Below, one piece after another: positions 12,316 through 27,537 of a DNA stretch of 64,000 nt. Where the stretch lies: assembly GCA_002104905.1 (NCBI GenBank), contig MCFE01000358.1, positions 1-64,000 on the forward strand, read 5' to 3'. The translations under genes were made by a program, and so were the position numbers. Position 1 is the stretch's first letter, and every line of letters begins with the position of its first letter. Under the pieces are notes generated by a model, which was not told the origin of the DNA, did not search any database, and worked only from the letters and a program-made list of their open reading frames with translations. This stretch comes from Basidiobolus meristosporus CBS 931.73 (Eukaryota; Fungi; Basidiobolomycota).

Positions 12316-12664
12316 GCTAGCATCAGGCTCAGCATCAATACGAAAGCCTATTTCGCCTATTTTCGCCTATTTTCGCCAGAAAAGTTTAGACCTGATCATT
12401 CATCCAAGTCATTGAACTAATTTTGTTATTTAATCTATATAAACACTACAACACCATAACCCCAATCTCGAAGCCCAATCAATCTCCATATATCTTGGTG
12501 GCCACGGTTTAGATCGATATGATTGACCGCATAGATAGACCGATAGATTGACCGCATATTTTGAAGTTACCCAATATTATCATCAAGATTAGACTGACAA
12601 AATCCACTTGGGCAGTTGCTATCCGTCTTTTATATTTTACTTTTACTGCACTGACCGTAGCGAA

Positions 12665-14432
12665 ATGCAGGCAGCTTTAGTGCGATTACCAAGAGTGAAC
12701 GCCGCATTAACCAAAAATAGATTAGACCAACTGCTGCGTCGGAACTCGGCTTCAGTAGCTGTAAAGAGGGAAACGGAGGCTGAACAAAAAGCTAGACTGG
12801 CTCGCAATTACTATGTTGTTCGTACCCCCCAGAGTCACACGTTTCGTGTTAACCTAAAAAACTCCCCCAATCTGGTGGGTATTCGGTCGACCAGAGGAAT
12901 GCGGGATTACAACGAGGATCGATACAAAACGTTAGCCGTAAAGCTCCCTGACCAGTCTAATCAACACTTATACTTTGGAGTCTTTGACGGGTATGGGTGC
13001 TTGGCAAGCTCGAAAGTTCATGCATAAACTGTGACTTATCCCTTACTTTCTTTTCTCCAGCCACGGTGGTTCGCATAGTGTAGACTACCTTTCAGCCCAT
13101 CTGCACGAAAAGCTCGAATCCATGACCAGCAACGACGCACAGATGATCGTGGAGGCCTACAGAGAATTTGGCATCCGTTGGTCCAAGTATACTCCAGGCA
13201 TATATCGGACCATTACTTTACCAGCGACTCTACTCTCGCCAACAACCCACGGAAAAAAAGCTTTCTCTTGAGCAGCGCTTGGTGCTGTCCTTTTTGAAGT
13301 CCGACCTGGACATCACGAAGGTCTTGAGATATCACGATGGCTCTACCGGATCCATTGCTCTCATCGAACCAATGAATGGAAACCCTTTTTGGGCTTCTCC
13401 TCAGCTGGCCATTACGGTCTCTCACGTAGGAGACACTAGGTAGGTTACGTACTGAAGGCTGTTGATGCGGGCCACACACTTAGCTCCTGTCTTTTGTAGG
13501 GTTATCCTCTGCAACACCCAGAACGGAAAAGCCGACACGCTGACCACTGACCATCATCCAAGCATTAAAAAGGAATTCGACCGGATCCGAAAGTACGGCG
13601 GCTTTTTCACTAGAGATTCGTTCGGAGAAGAAATGACGGTCGGCCAGTTTGCCAACACCAGAGCCTTTGGCGACCCGATTGGTAAACGCTTCGGCGTCAT
13701 TGCCGAGCCAGACATCATCGTACGCAAGGTGTCTGGGGAGGAGGTGGCTTTCATGGTCCTTATTACCGACGGCGTGTCTTCGGTCATGACAGATCAGGAG
13801 ATTGTGGATACCGTAAGTGGATCTATCGAAGCCTTTCATCGAGCATTCGTCTAACTTGGCCTTAGGTCAAGACTTGCCCCGACCCAACCACCGCTGCTGC
13901 GCGGATCGTCACTTACGCCGAGCAGTTTGGCTCCGATGACAACATCACCGCCATGGTAAGTTCACCCCCCCCCAACTGTCTGATGGCACGCTGTACCCAC
14001 CTCTTGTCTCCGTGGTAGGTGATTCGACTCCCTGGCTGGGGAGCTCAGATGCCGGATCTTTCGGCGGATATCCGCAAGCACAGATTGGAGATTTCATCTT
14101 CGAGAGGGCCTCGCATGGGCTCTGGAATCTATAACAACCTGGTCGAGGCGGCGAACGTCAAGGAGAAGACGATCAAGACTCTCTTCGAGGACGGAGTGTT
14201 CCACGAATTATCCGAGGACCAGCTCTACGACCAAATGGCCAAGTTTGGAATCAGGCTAAGCATCGACATTGGGATGCTTCCTGGGGATGAGCCAGAGCAT
14301 GACCGGTCCGAGCAAGACGTCGTGGCGATGTTTTATTCGGTGCTGAATAGACCGCGGACCTCGGTATTGACTGTGGGAGATGTAAAGAAAGCATGGACCT
14401 TGCTGGGGGTGACCGCCACCACGAACCAGTAA
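12665..14432 (+). CDS. PTC6: PP2C-family protein phosphatase, Ptc6/Ptc4-like (probably mitochondrial), multi-exon; unresolved frame change near 13170-13260
   Basis: RGMRDYNEDR, YFGVFDG/HGG, SHVGDTR, ANTRAFGD, VLITDGVS, GSDDNIT motifs; basic N-terminal presequence-like segment. Confidence 0.85.
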
Positions 14433-14698
14433 CCCATGCGCACAGCACCCGTATTCGATCTTGTACCATAGATGTGGCATTAATCAACCCATTTCTGTTC
14501 TAAGAACCCCACCTGTGAATACCGAAACCTACTGTAAATACGTATTCACTCATCACATAGTAACTTCATTAAACACGCGAAACGGCTGTAATCACGAAAT
14601 GATGCATGTTTGGGTTGCCCGCAGGCGGGAGAAATGATTATTCACAAAATATCTCGTAATATACACTGGAAATCTACATGATCTACCCGCACCCGCAC

Positions 14699-17109
14699 TC
14701 ACGCCGGCCCTGGGCTAGAGGCGAGTTTCGGGGGCGGGAGGTTGGGTGGATGCGTCGATGTGTTCGGATGGTCAGCATTGGCTTTTCTGGCCTTTAACGA
14801 TTTCAGCTCGTTCTTCAGATGCTTCAGCAATCTTCTCTCCGCCCGACGAACCTCTTTTTCCTCCGAGGGGAAACTCGTCGGGGTCTCTCGCGCAAGGAGT
14901 CGCGTCTGAAGCTTCCATTTGGCCATCTCCAAGGTGGCGTTGATCCATTCCTTTCTGTAATTGGTTTTCTCCATCTGGCAGCGTTCATACTGCGCCTTGT
15001 AATGGTCCCGCTCCTTTTTCAGCTTGGCTAGCTCCTGATGCAGGTGCTTTTCATACTGCTCCCGGTTACTCTGCTGTAGCCTCGTATTGTCTAGGGTTCT
15101 TTCGTAATGGAGACACTTCTCGCTCAGCTCTCGGATGCACTTCTCCGTTTGCTGGATATGCGCTTTCAGGCTGCGAACTTCATCGGTCAAGATATCGATC
15201 TGCTTCGCTCTAGATTCCTCGACCTCCTTCTGGTAGGCACATTCGTGTGCTCGCTCCTCGTTTATGGGGACATAGGGGGAGGCGGCTCCGACGAACGTAG
15301 ACTGTTTGGCTGCCGCTTTAGGAACCGGATGAAGTGGGCTTGCGTGTGATATTTCGGTCGCGACATGTGACGGCATTGGCGAGTAGTGGGAGAATGCTAG
15401 AGGCGTATTCTCCAAGCCAGGTTGAGAAATCGTAAAACCGATAGGAGCGTCCAGGTCCTTGACAAATCCCACATCCAGAATAGACAGTAGCACGCGTAGA
15501 TTGGCGATTGGAACCTGAGCAGTAGGAGAGATCGGTAAGACGAAATCGAACGAATCAGCAAACTGAGGGACCCCTTCGACTCTCACGCCTCGGTCTCTCT
15601 CACGTAGCACCTTCTCGAAATTCAGGATACCGCTGCCCAGATGACGGATCCCCTCTGAATTCTTGAGCTTACCAAGGAGGTTGATATACAACGGTGTGGA
15701 GAGCAGCCTATCCAACAGACGATTGGGTGAAGAGAAAACCTCCATTGTGTAGTAGGAGTTTGGCAAAAACACGTCTGTATTCGAGGGAACCTCGATGCTG
15801 GGCTCCGTGTATACGGTCTTGGCGGCGGTAAACCAGTCATAACTATATTCTAGATATGCGTCTTCGAGGTGAGCGTTGTCCGTTGAGATAGAAACAAGGT
15901 GAATGGTGACGATAAAGTGATGCGCCAACATATGGCCATTGATTCCTGGCTCGACGAGCGAGTGTATCACCTCCTTCTCAACCAAAGACAGGCTACATCC
16001 GATCTGCGGCTCGCTAACGTCTCCTGCCTCCTCTACCTCGGGGACTCTTTTAACAGCGTACAGCCCTTCAAAATAATGCGGCTCTCCGGAAGAGGCTTGA
16101 AACACATCATTGACAGATACTCTAGCGCACCCGACGACCTTGTCTTGGCAAAGGTGGATGTGTATCAACGGGTGAGTGGCGAGGTATTCTTGTATCTCGC
16201 TCAAGCTGGATCGAATGTTCACGAAGACCCGTGTGGGCGACCAGGCGGAGGAGTCCATGAAGTTGGTGAATTTCTCGGTGATGATTTCTCTGTCGAATAG
16301 CTTGAATTGAAAGTAGAAGGGTGGCTCGTGGGTGCGCGAGGTGCTCGAAGCTTCGAAGAGCGATGCGAGATTCTGAAAAAACGAGATTCCGAAAAAGAAC
16401 ATAAACTCGGTGTCCCCAGCTCCAATTTGGTACTCCTTTTGCCTGGTCAACAGATTCGTTGTTATCTGTGCAGAGGGTTCCCCCACGTTGGCTTGTGTCA
16501 GAGTATGGGCGATAGATATCCTTGGAGAGCCTCTATCTACTGCGGGGGTTTCTATTGGTTTGGGTTCCGGTTTGGGGTCCGGTGTGGGTACCGCTCTACT
16601 TGGTTGCTGTATGGTTTGAGTGCTTTCTTTAGTAAACTCGTGCCTGGGTCCGGCCTGGAAGAGTATCCGAAGTTCGGGTCTGACCCCATTTTGCCGCTGT
16701 CCTTTCTTGACATTCACCAATGGAAACCACTTTGGTCTAGGTTCGGAGGTTGGGCTTTGCACTTGACGCATATCCAGAACCACGAAGCCAATCTCTTCCG
16801 CAACATTACTCTCCTTGCTCACGGAAAGACAGGTAAGTTTGACGGTGGCTTTCTGGGTACGAAGTAGATGTAGGGTCTTGTGCTCTAAAGTCCACTCAAG
16901 CTCTGTATCCCATAGTGGTCTTGGTGTTTGCTCAACTCTTTCAGTGCCAAGTGATTCATTGTAGAATCTCCCCTCCACGAAGATCCCATTACCTCGTTTA
17001 CGTATAAAATGCCGACCTAATCGTAGAGTTAGCTAATATAGTGGCCGGAGGTTATGCACCTGCTTCGCTCACCTTCTAATACTGTCGCCAGAACTGTACA
17101 TAAAACCAT
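14699..17109 (-). CDS. CEP120: CEP120 orthologue (three C2 domains plus a shortened coiled coil); exon 1 17073-17109, intron 17017-17072
   Basis: VLEGRHF..VEGRF..TELEW..LRTQKATVKLTC (C2A); YQIG..IRSS..IHLCQ (C2B); HHFIV..VFLPNSY (C2C); YRKEWINATLEMAKWK near the C-terminus. All parallel recalled animal CEP120 motifs, in the same order. Confidence 0.85.
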
Positions 17110-17309
17110 TTGACCTAAATGAACAGCACACCACCTTGGCAAATGGATGTTATCTAGGAAACACTTGATCCAGTGGTGAATACGAAGGGATTGTTTTGAT
17201 TTCCTGATGTAGTAATTCATAGCAGTTTAATTGATTGGTCATCCAAAAAAGAGTAGATACATGTCGTTGATTACATTATGCAGTGCGGATATAAAACATA
17301 GCTTGTCAG

Positions 17310-18801
17310 TTATAGGGGATTCCTCAGTTTGGCATGGTTTCTGGCTACCTGAAGATCATCGAGCAGCCTTCTGAAGGCACCGTCTTCCACTCGAGTATAG
17401 AGAACAAACATAAGGAAGAATAGAAACGAGTAAATGGCAAAGCCAACCATGAACACATCAAACACCGCAATGGCCCATGATGGGGGTGTAATAATGGAAC
17501 AAACGACCAAGAGAATAACCCATACAATCAATCCCACCGCAAACCGCACGATATATCCAGTGTTTTTGCGATGTACACTCTCAAGTCCGGAGGTGAGAAG
17601 TTGGTTCAGCTCCCCGAAAATGTCAACGTCCCATGTAGCAGAAGAGTATTCTGTTGCCCCCATCGCACCTCTTGGTTTTGGCGTGATGCTAAACGTGGAG
17701 CAGACGCCAAAATGATCAGAGTACGAGCACTTCAAGGACACAACTGGCTCGGTAAGACACACTTGAGAGGCTGTGCATCGCAAGTTAGCCGTGCGCGCAT
17801 AGAAGATGTAATCCAGTCTTTCGCCGGGATGCTTCTGATTGGGGTTTCCTGAGAGCGTGTTTGTGGGAATAATGGAAGTCATCCCGTTACAACGGGCGAT
17901 CTCAACCATGCTTAGACTCGGGTCATATGGAGGATGAATAACGCCCGACCCATTGATCTCATCCCATGAATCGGTCAGTCCAGTATATGATTCGATCATC
18001 TTGATGACAAGGTTGTCTGGGATGCTGTTATAATCGCCCAGCTGTAATGAGTGAGTATTGCACTGGAACGCGAACACAATACTGACAATGTAATTACCGC
18101 GATGACGTGATTTCCATTGCTAAGTGCATCTTTCAAGACCCTCGACAACTCCCAGCCCTGAGCTGCGCGATGAAAACCGTTGTCGTCGTTTGGACTGTAT
18201 TGCGCGATCAGCTGTCAATTCGTTGAGCACATGTACATAGTGATACTAGCACGTCAGGAAAACCCTTACATGCGTATTGTACACTTCGATGATCCCCCCA
18301 TCTGGATATTCCAGGTGACAGCAGCCTACCGCCTTGGCAACGTACCAATCGCCCTGCAGTATTTTCAGCGGGTTGCCGTTTAGTGAATATGGCTGCACGT
18401 ACGATTTCACAATGGGGAACTTGGAGAAAATGGCCAGGCCTGCGCCGAAGATACCCCTAAACAGGAAGGGGTTGTTAGAGGAGTGCCCGCTGGGTGCGCC
18501 TTGGTGTTGAAAGGGTTTACGTATGGAAAAAGTGTGCGTAGGGCAGCGAATGCTTGGTTTTATGTTTCACCATTTCAAAGTCCTCGTAGACCCAGATTTC
18601 CTGTAGACCCACGAGGTCGTAGTCATGCTCGACCAGATAGTGAGCAATGGCCTCCAGGCGTTGCTTTCGTTTTTTAGACACGAATTTCAGTCCCCTGGAA
18701 GGAAATAGAACGTTCAGTCTGTTAGTAACCTTGCATCAAGCAACAGGTGTGTTCTCATTGTACCAGCAATTGAGGGTCAATACTCGAAGTGTGCTTGCCA
18801 T
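17310..18801 (-). CDS. ISC1: Inositol phosphosphingolipid phospholipase C / neutral sphingomyelinase, multi-exon
   Basis: MASTLRVLTLNCW/GLKFVSK, DLVGLQEIW, ERLDYIFY, SDHFGV, two C-terminal TM segments. Confidence 0.9.
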
Positions 18802-18994
18802 GACTGAAAAGAGTGGAGCTTTGCCAAGAATGGAAATGGAGCCTATCTATCTTCTCAACAGCTGTCGCCTAATATAATATATTGATTGACATTGTCCACC
18901 AAAAGAAAACGCATGTCAATCAATGGTCAAACACAATTGGATTATAAGCTAATTAAATGATGTCCAAACCACCTGGTCGTCAGGATACATGCAC

Positions 18995-19002
18995 CAGTCA
19001 CA
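18995..19002 (+). promoter_or_regulatory. HomolD box (CAGTCACA) in the ISC1/RPS28 divergent promoter
   Basis: Exact match to the fungal ribosomal-protein promoter element, ending ~107 nt upstream of the RPS28 ATG. Confidence 0.7.
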
Positions 19003-19108
19003 TGATGCGGTTGTCTGATCGGGAACTGGATTTGGGAATAAAACTAGTTGAATATACCTCGGGTCACCCCCTTTACCCATTTGCCCACCGCGAACGGACT
19101 TCTTTCAA

Positions 19109-19369
19109 ATGGTACGTGTATCCAGTAAACCATCCATCCATCCAGCTCGCTAATCCTTGTTGGCTTAGGAAAAACAAGCCCCCGTCAAGCACGCCAAAGT
19201 TATCAAGGTCCTCGGCCGTACTGGATCCCGTGGTGGTGTCACCCAGGTTCGTGTGGAGTTCATGGACGACACCTCTCGCTCCATCATTCGTAACGTCAAG
19301 GGACCTGTCCGCGAGAATGACATCTTGGTCCTCATGGAGTCCGAGCGTGAGGCCAGACGCCTTCGTTAA
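19109..19369 (+). CDS. RPS28: 40S ribosomal protein S28 (ATG-only first exon, intron 19112-19168)
   Basis: [67 protein letters not shown]. Confidence 0.97.
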
Positions 19370-20032
19370 ACCATCTTCAATAAAATGGAAATAAACCGCA
19401 TTCATCACTGTTCCATTCACATGTCTCCCTATGGCTTGCACATGCACATTTGACACTAGATTTGTGTTTCGTCCACTGGATAGCAAATGACGTGATGCTT
19501 TGGCACCATGGCCTTCAATTCCTGCACTTTGACCCAACCCTCCCTCCATCCATATCCATATCCATATCCCTAGCCTTAACCCTAACCCCACCCCGACCCG
19601 ACCTCTCACCTGTGGAGGTGATTTAATCAAAACAAGCCAAACCAAGCATAACCCGATACTGGCCCTATGCAATCGATAAAAAAATAGAAAATCGACGGAA
19701 TCCAGTGAAATCCACTGAAATCAAAGATATTCCATGGATCTGGTCTACGCCGAGCAAATAGAAAACGTTCCAATTCTGTGTTAAACACTGGCTCTTATGT
19801 CAATCGAGCTGATACGAAAGTATTCCAATCATCGTGATTCCTTACTTTTTATTATACTACTTGCTCCACCTACTTCCCCCTCCAAGCCTTATTTTTACTC
19901 TTGAAAGGGTTTATCAAAGAACCTCAATTATTTCTCTCCCTCCTTGGACTGGGCGCCCGTTTCGCTGAACTGAAACACAACCAACCCTGACGACAATAGT
20001 GGCTCTTCTTTGCTTGACCCGCACTTGACATA

Positions 20033-22566
<2,534 letters not shown>

Positions 22567-24059
22567 GAACCTCTGGGCCCGATCGGCATCACGTTGCAGT
22601 ATTCATGGCGAGCAAGACCATCGGTGTAACTCATTTGACAAGCAATATAGACATCAGAAATATCAACAACATGCAACCTTCCCCACCTCACCTCACCCTC
22701 ACCCTGCCCCTCTCCTCTCCTCTCCCCCAAGCCACTGTGATACCCTATTCTATGGTAACTTCCCATTTCCCGACGATTGAATTTCTCTTGAATGGTTACT
22801 CCAGGTTCATCAATGATTCATGATTCATTTTGCCAACCCCTTGTATACATAATCTTGTAATGTGGGTATGTATCGATTCTGTTTGTCCCTCCCCCGTCCC
22901 ACTCCACATTTCACCTAGGGTAATTAGAGAGATCAATAAAGTGTGAATTAACCTTTTTTTAAACACCAACCCCATCCTGTCAGCATCCAACCGTCCAGTC
23001 CCCACCCACGTAAGCAGCCACCTGGGGTGGCAAATGGCCAGATTTATGGAGCGAAAACATGGCGTGTTGCACGTTACACTCCTATGTGCGATTCCCCCTA
23101 CGCTAGGGCCACGAGCGGAGTTCTCCAATTGCCAGAAGTGCGTTGTACCTTTGGCGATTCCTCTGGTCAAGGGACACGGTGGCTTTCAACGTGACCTGGC
23201 GATTTGCGGTGTATCCTGGCGGGGTGAGTCAGATGGATGGACAGGATTCTCGATCATCAGTTGGCTTCTCGCTGAATGGTTGAGCCGATTTCTAGGTCGT
23301 GGAAACAATTAACCATCCTTAGACCAACCCCAGTCCATGGTGTGACGAACGACCGCACTTCAGCAACAACCCCTCGCATTCAGCCCAACCGACTTCCAAT
23401 CGGCAGGGTCGATGAGACCAGCCCAATCAACCGGCCCCCTCCGTCATTAGTCCAATTCGGTCGCATGGACTGCGTGAGAAGCACTGGAAATTCCCCGAGT
23501 GGGAAAAGCCAAGTGCGGGTGTGGTCTCCATTCATTGGAGCAGTGGGAGTCGCCTCCTCATAAAAATGGAAACCACCCGTCACCCCAGCAGAGGGCGACG
23601 AGCACGAGGTCACCTGGGAGTTGGCCAGAGTGGTGGTGTGCCTATCCGGAAATAAAGTTTGCTCGGTCGTTTGTAGGGAATTTTCATCATGATCCCGTGT
23701 TACACCAGAGGTTATGCTCGCCAAATGTTCCCGAAGAAGCTTCCCTGGTTGCTAGACTTTGATTCGACGGACAGAGGGGGGGGGATTTCAGGTAACGATC
23801 GTACCATAGTAAATTCGTGTATGGCTATTGGATGTGGAGAGTTGCTACGCAAGTAGAATAGGCACATTTTTCACTCCCATTCTTGAGTCCGGAATGGTGA
23901 GTGTATCGCCATACTTTTCCACGGTGTGTGTGTCCCAACGGCCACAAAAGGAATTCCAAGGTACGTGAGCCAGTCCACTCCTGCGTGTCCATAAGGGGTG
24001 TTTAAGAGCCTGGACATAGCGCCATGGATTTCGAATATCAACTTCGAGAAAGAACAATC

Positions 24060-24890
24060 ATGAGAGTCAAGGGCCCTTTGGGACAAGTACTCCTAGTGGG
24101 ATTTGTCTGCTTTGCATGTCCCGGCATGTTGAACACCGTCATCGGTATAGGTGCCGGTGGTCAGATGGACGATAGCGCTGCCAAGAGCGGAGAAGTCGCC
24201 CTTTACTCTTGCTTTGCCATGATGCTCTTGTTCACCCCGTTATTCATCAGCTCCAACTGGTTCTACTCATACCAGTTCGGCGCCGTGAACGGAGTGTTGT
24301 TCAACCTTCGCACCCGTTCCCTCAACAACGCCCTTTACTGGGGATCTCAGATGCTTGGTGCCTATGGCTTTAGGGAGCCTTCCTTGACAACGCTCGCTTC
24401 GGTTGTCGTGCCAGAGCTGTGTATGGACTGGCGATTGTTGGAGCGATCTTCTCGGCCACCTGGGCCGGAGGACTTGCCCTTCAGCTCCAATACACTCGTG
24501 AGGATCACCCTATCGAACATCGACTTCATCGACCACCCCAGCGAGTTCTGGCCCAAGTTCATCCTGTACATCTTCTATGGCATGTGTGATGCCATGTTGC
24601 AGACCTATGCCTACTGGGTCATGGGAGCCTTGTCGAACGACTCATCAGTGCTTGCTCGCTATGCTGGCTACTACAAGGGCATCCAATCAGCCGGAGTTGT
24701 CATTGCCTGGAGAATCGATGCGGTCGGCACTGCCTTCCTTACCCAGCTGATCATCAACTGGGGACTGTTCACTCTGTCTCTTCCATTCACCTACTTTGTA
24801 GCGCGTGAGGTCAAGGTGGCCTGTAACGATGGCGTTGAAGAGAAGGGTGAGCCCACTGATAGCGCGTGTTCTCGACATGATCATTGTTGA
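24060..24890 (+). pseudogene. Array copy 0: internally deleted, diverged NGT1-like MFS relic
   Basis: Jumps from ALYSCFA directly to MLLFTPLF (about 170 codons lost); compensating frameshifts at ~24370-24510; many amino acid changes. Confidence 0.85.
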
Positions 24891-25476
24891 TCATTCATCG
24901 TCCAAAATGAATATTATTTAACTGTTCAATACTGCATCCTAATCTGGCTCATATTGGTCAAGCAAAATTCAGATGGTGCAAATACGTGGGCAAAGTACCC
25001 GAAGGTATCTAACAATCACGCCACGTAAATTACGACTCGGTACTTTCATATATTTCCCAGGTAAGAACAATTCGCGTTCAGGTTACATCACCGAGGGCAA
25101 ATCCCCATAAATGGAGATTAATTAGACTATACAACGTAGTATAGGCATTACCTATTTCGGTATGAAGGATCAACCTTAAGCTCTGGGATATGTGGTACAG
25201 AGTGCACAAGGAAATTGATGTCTGCAAATGATAACCGCGCTTCTGACAAAAGTTCGATTCCATTTACGGCCCACAATATGCACATATTCCAGAAGCCTAG
25301 AGCGAAGGGAAGGTTAATGAAGCCAGTTGCGCCTCTTTCGGTATTGTTGCATAGAATTCCCACGTTGGTTGCTATTAACAAGCAAAGCTCGCATTCCCCG
25401 GACACCGAGTATATAAGAGCTAGCGCAGCGAGAATCTTCACTTCAAAACTTCACTACCGATAATAGAAATTAAACA

Positions 25477-26787
25477 ATGAGAATCAACAGTCCTTTGGGA
25501 CAAGTACTCCTCGTGGGTTTCGTCTGCTTCGCATGCCCCGGTATGTTCAACGTCATCAACGGTATGGGCGCCGGTGGTCAGATGGACGATAACACAGCCA
25601 AGAACGGAAATGTCGCCCTTTACTCTTGCTTTGCCGTGTTCGGATGCCTAGGTGGCGGTTTCTACAACATTCTCGGTGGTCGTCTTTGCTTGTGCCTCGG
25701 TGGTTTGACTTACGCTTTGTACTCTGGCTCGCTCCTCTACTACAACGAGACCAAGAAGCCCGCATTCGTGATCATTGCCAGTGCCATCCTTGGTGTTGGT
25801 GCTGGTATTCTGTGGACAGCTCAAGGCGTGGTGATGATGTCGTACCCTGCGGAAGATCAGAAGGGCCGCTGTGTCGGTCTGTTCTGGATTCTGTTCAACC
25901 TGGGTGGTGTGATGGGAGCCTTCATTCCATTCGGCCTCAACTTCCACTCTGACAAGGGAGCAGTCAGCAACAGCACCTACCTCGCCTTCCTCGTGATCAT
26001 GATTCTCGGTGCTCTCCTCGGACTCATTCTCTTGCCCCCTGGCAAGGTGATCCGTGATGATGGCAGCAGAGTAGTCGTGAAGAAGTTCACCAACATCGGC
26101 GGCGAGATCGTGGACATCCTCAAGCTCTTCACCAACAAGTACATGCTCCTGCTCACCCCGTTGTTCATCAGCTCCAACTGGTTCTACTCCTACCAGTTCG
26201 GCGCTGTGAACGGAGTGTTGTTCAACCTTCGCACCCGTTCCCTCAACAACGCCCTGTACTGGGGATCCCAGATGCTTGGTGCCTATGGCTTGGGAGCCTT
26301 CCTCGACAACCCTCGCTTCGGTCGTCGTGCCAGAGCTGTGTATGGACTGGCGATTGTTGGAGCGATCTTCTCGGCCACCTGGGCCGGAGGACTTGCCCTT
26401 CAGCTCCAATACACTCGTGAGGATCACCCCTCGAACATCGACTTCATCGACCACCCCAGCGAGTTCTGGCCCAAGTTCATCCTGTACATCTTCTATGGCA
26501 TGTGTGATGCCATGTTGCAAACCTATGCCTACTGGGTCATGGGAGCCTTGTCGAACGACTCATCAGTGCTTGCTCGCTATGCTGGCTACTACAAGGGCAT
26601 CCAATCAGCCGGAGCCGCCATTGCGTGGAGAATCGATGCGGTCGGCACTGCCTTCCTCACCCAGCTGATCATCAACTGGGGACTGTTCACTCTGTCTCTT
26701 CCATTCACCTACTTTGTAGCACGTGAAGTCAAGGAGACCTGTAACGATGGCGCCGAGGAGAAGGGTGAGGTAGCTGACAAAGAGTAA
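25477..26787 (+). CDS. NGT1: Array copy 1: UNC-93-like (DUF895) MFS transporter, NGT1/NOPE1-like putative GlcNAc transporter, 436 aa, intact
   Basis: CPGMFN, ALYSCFA, LWTAQG..MSYP, SNWFYSYQF, FNLRTRSLN, YIFYG..DA, GYYKGIQSAGAAIAWR match recalled Candida Ngt1 motifs; about 12 TM segments. Confidence 0.85.
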   Translation: MRINSPLGQVLLVGFVCFACPGMFNVINGMGAGGQMDDNTAKNGNVALYSCFAVFGCLGGGFYNILGGRLCLCLGGLTYALYSGSLLYYNETKKPAFVIIASAILGVGAGILWTAQGVVMMSYPAEDQKGRCVGLFWILFNLGGVMGAFIPFGLNFHSDKGAVSNSTYLAFLVIMILGALLGLILLPPGKVIRDDGSRVVVKKFTNIGGEIVDILKLFTNKYMLLLTPLFISSNWFYSYQFGAVNGVLFNLRTRSLNNALYWGSQMLGAYGLGAFLDNPRFGRRARAVYGLAIVGAIFSATWAGGLALQLQYTREDHPSNIDFIDHPSEFWPKFILYIFYGMCDAMLQTYAYWVMGALSNDSSVLARYAGYYKGIQSAGAAIAWRIDAVGTAFLTQLIINWGLFTLSLPFTYFVAREVKETCNDGAEEKGEVADKE

Positions 26788-27537
26788 ACTTATACCCGAA
26801 CACTGTACAGATCCTATTTTGCAAATATCACTACCTAGCATTACCACATTACAAACAATACGAAATTTTAAAATAAATGATCTCATAACCATCACTTTCG
26901 TTACCAGAACATTAGCCTATTTGCTGATGGGCTTAATCAACTGATTTTACCCTGCGTTTTACTTGTAAATCTTCACCATCTGCATTACCGTATTTCTGCT
27001 GTGTCTATGCTTTGGTGGACATTGGTGGGTGCTCTAGAGCTAGAGGGGAATAGTAAGCTGCCTTGGATGAAAAGTCCGCATGAATATCGCCTCATTTGGA
27101 GGGTGCTACCGTTTTTGGGAGATCCCTAGGGATTGAAAATCGCTTCGGATCCACACATCAATATGTATATGTCTATAATAGAGATTGACAGGTCATGGGT
27201 GATCAACGTCGCGTTTCGATGGAGCATGATCCCCCAATCCTGGAAAACCCATTTCACGTCATACAGAAGTCCGTGGCGCCCAATTTGCTACATGTTCTGG
27301 CGAACAGAACCACTCTGTGACATAGAAATATGGTCAAATTGTGGTGTTTTTAAAGGGGCAAAATGCTGGTCAACAGTAATCTACTTGTTAAAGGTAAAAG
27401 TGGTCGGAGTTCTGGGCCTGCTCCAAATGGGGGAGATAAATCAAACTCAGTGGTGGGTGATGTATATAAAATCAACATAAAGTCGTGCATGATAGCCAAC
27501 CTTTACTACTACCAATACTACTAGTTACAACTATACA

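Noticed and set aside
12341-12560. Short tandem repeats (tattttcgcc x3; gattgaccgcata x2) between tricalbin and the PP2C gene
   Set aside because: Too short to separate from ordinary slippage repeats.
13160-13260. Frame change in the PP2C gene as a programmed frameshift or pseudogene
   Set aside because: No slippery site or credible intron is visible, and the rest of the gene is intact. Other 1-nt errors in this assembly make an artefact more likely.
19574-19590. Interstitial telomere
   Set aside because: Only two TAACCC units; kept only as a low-interest phased tract.
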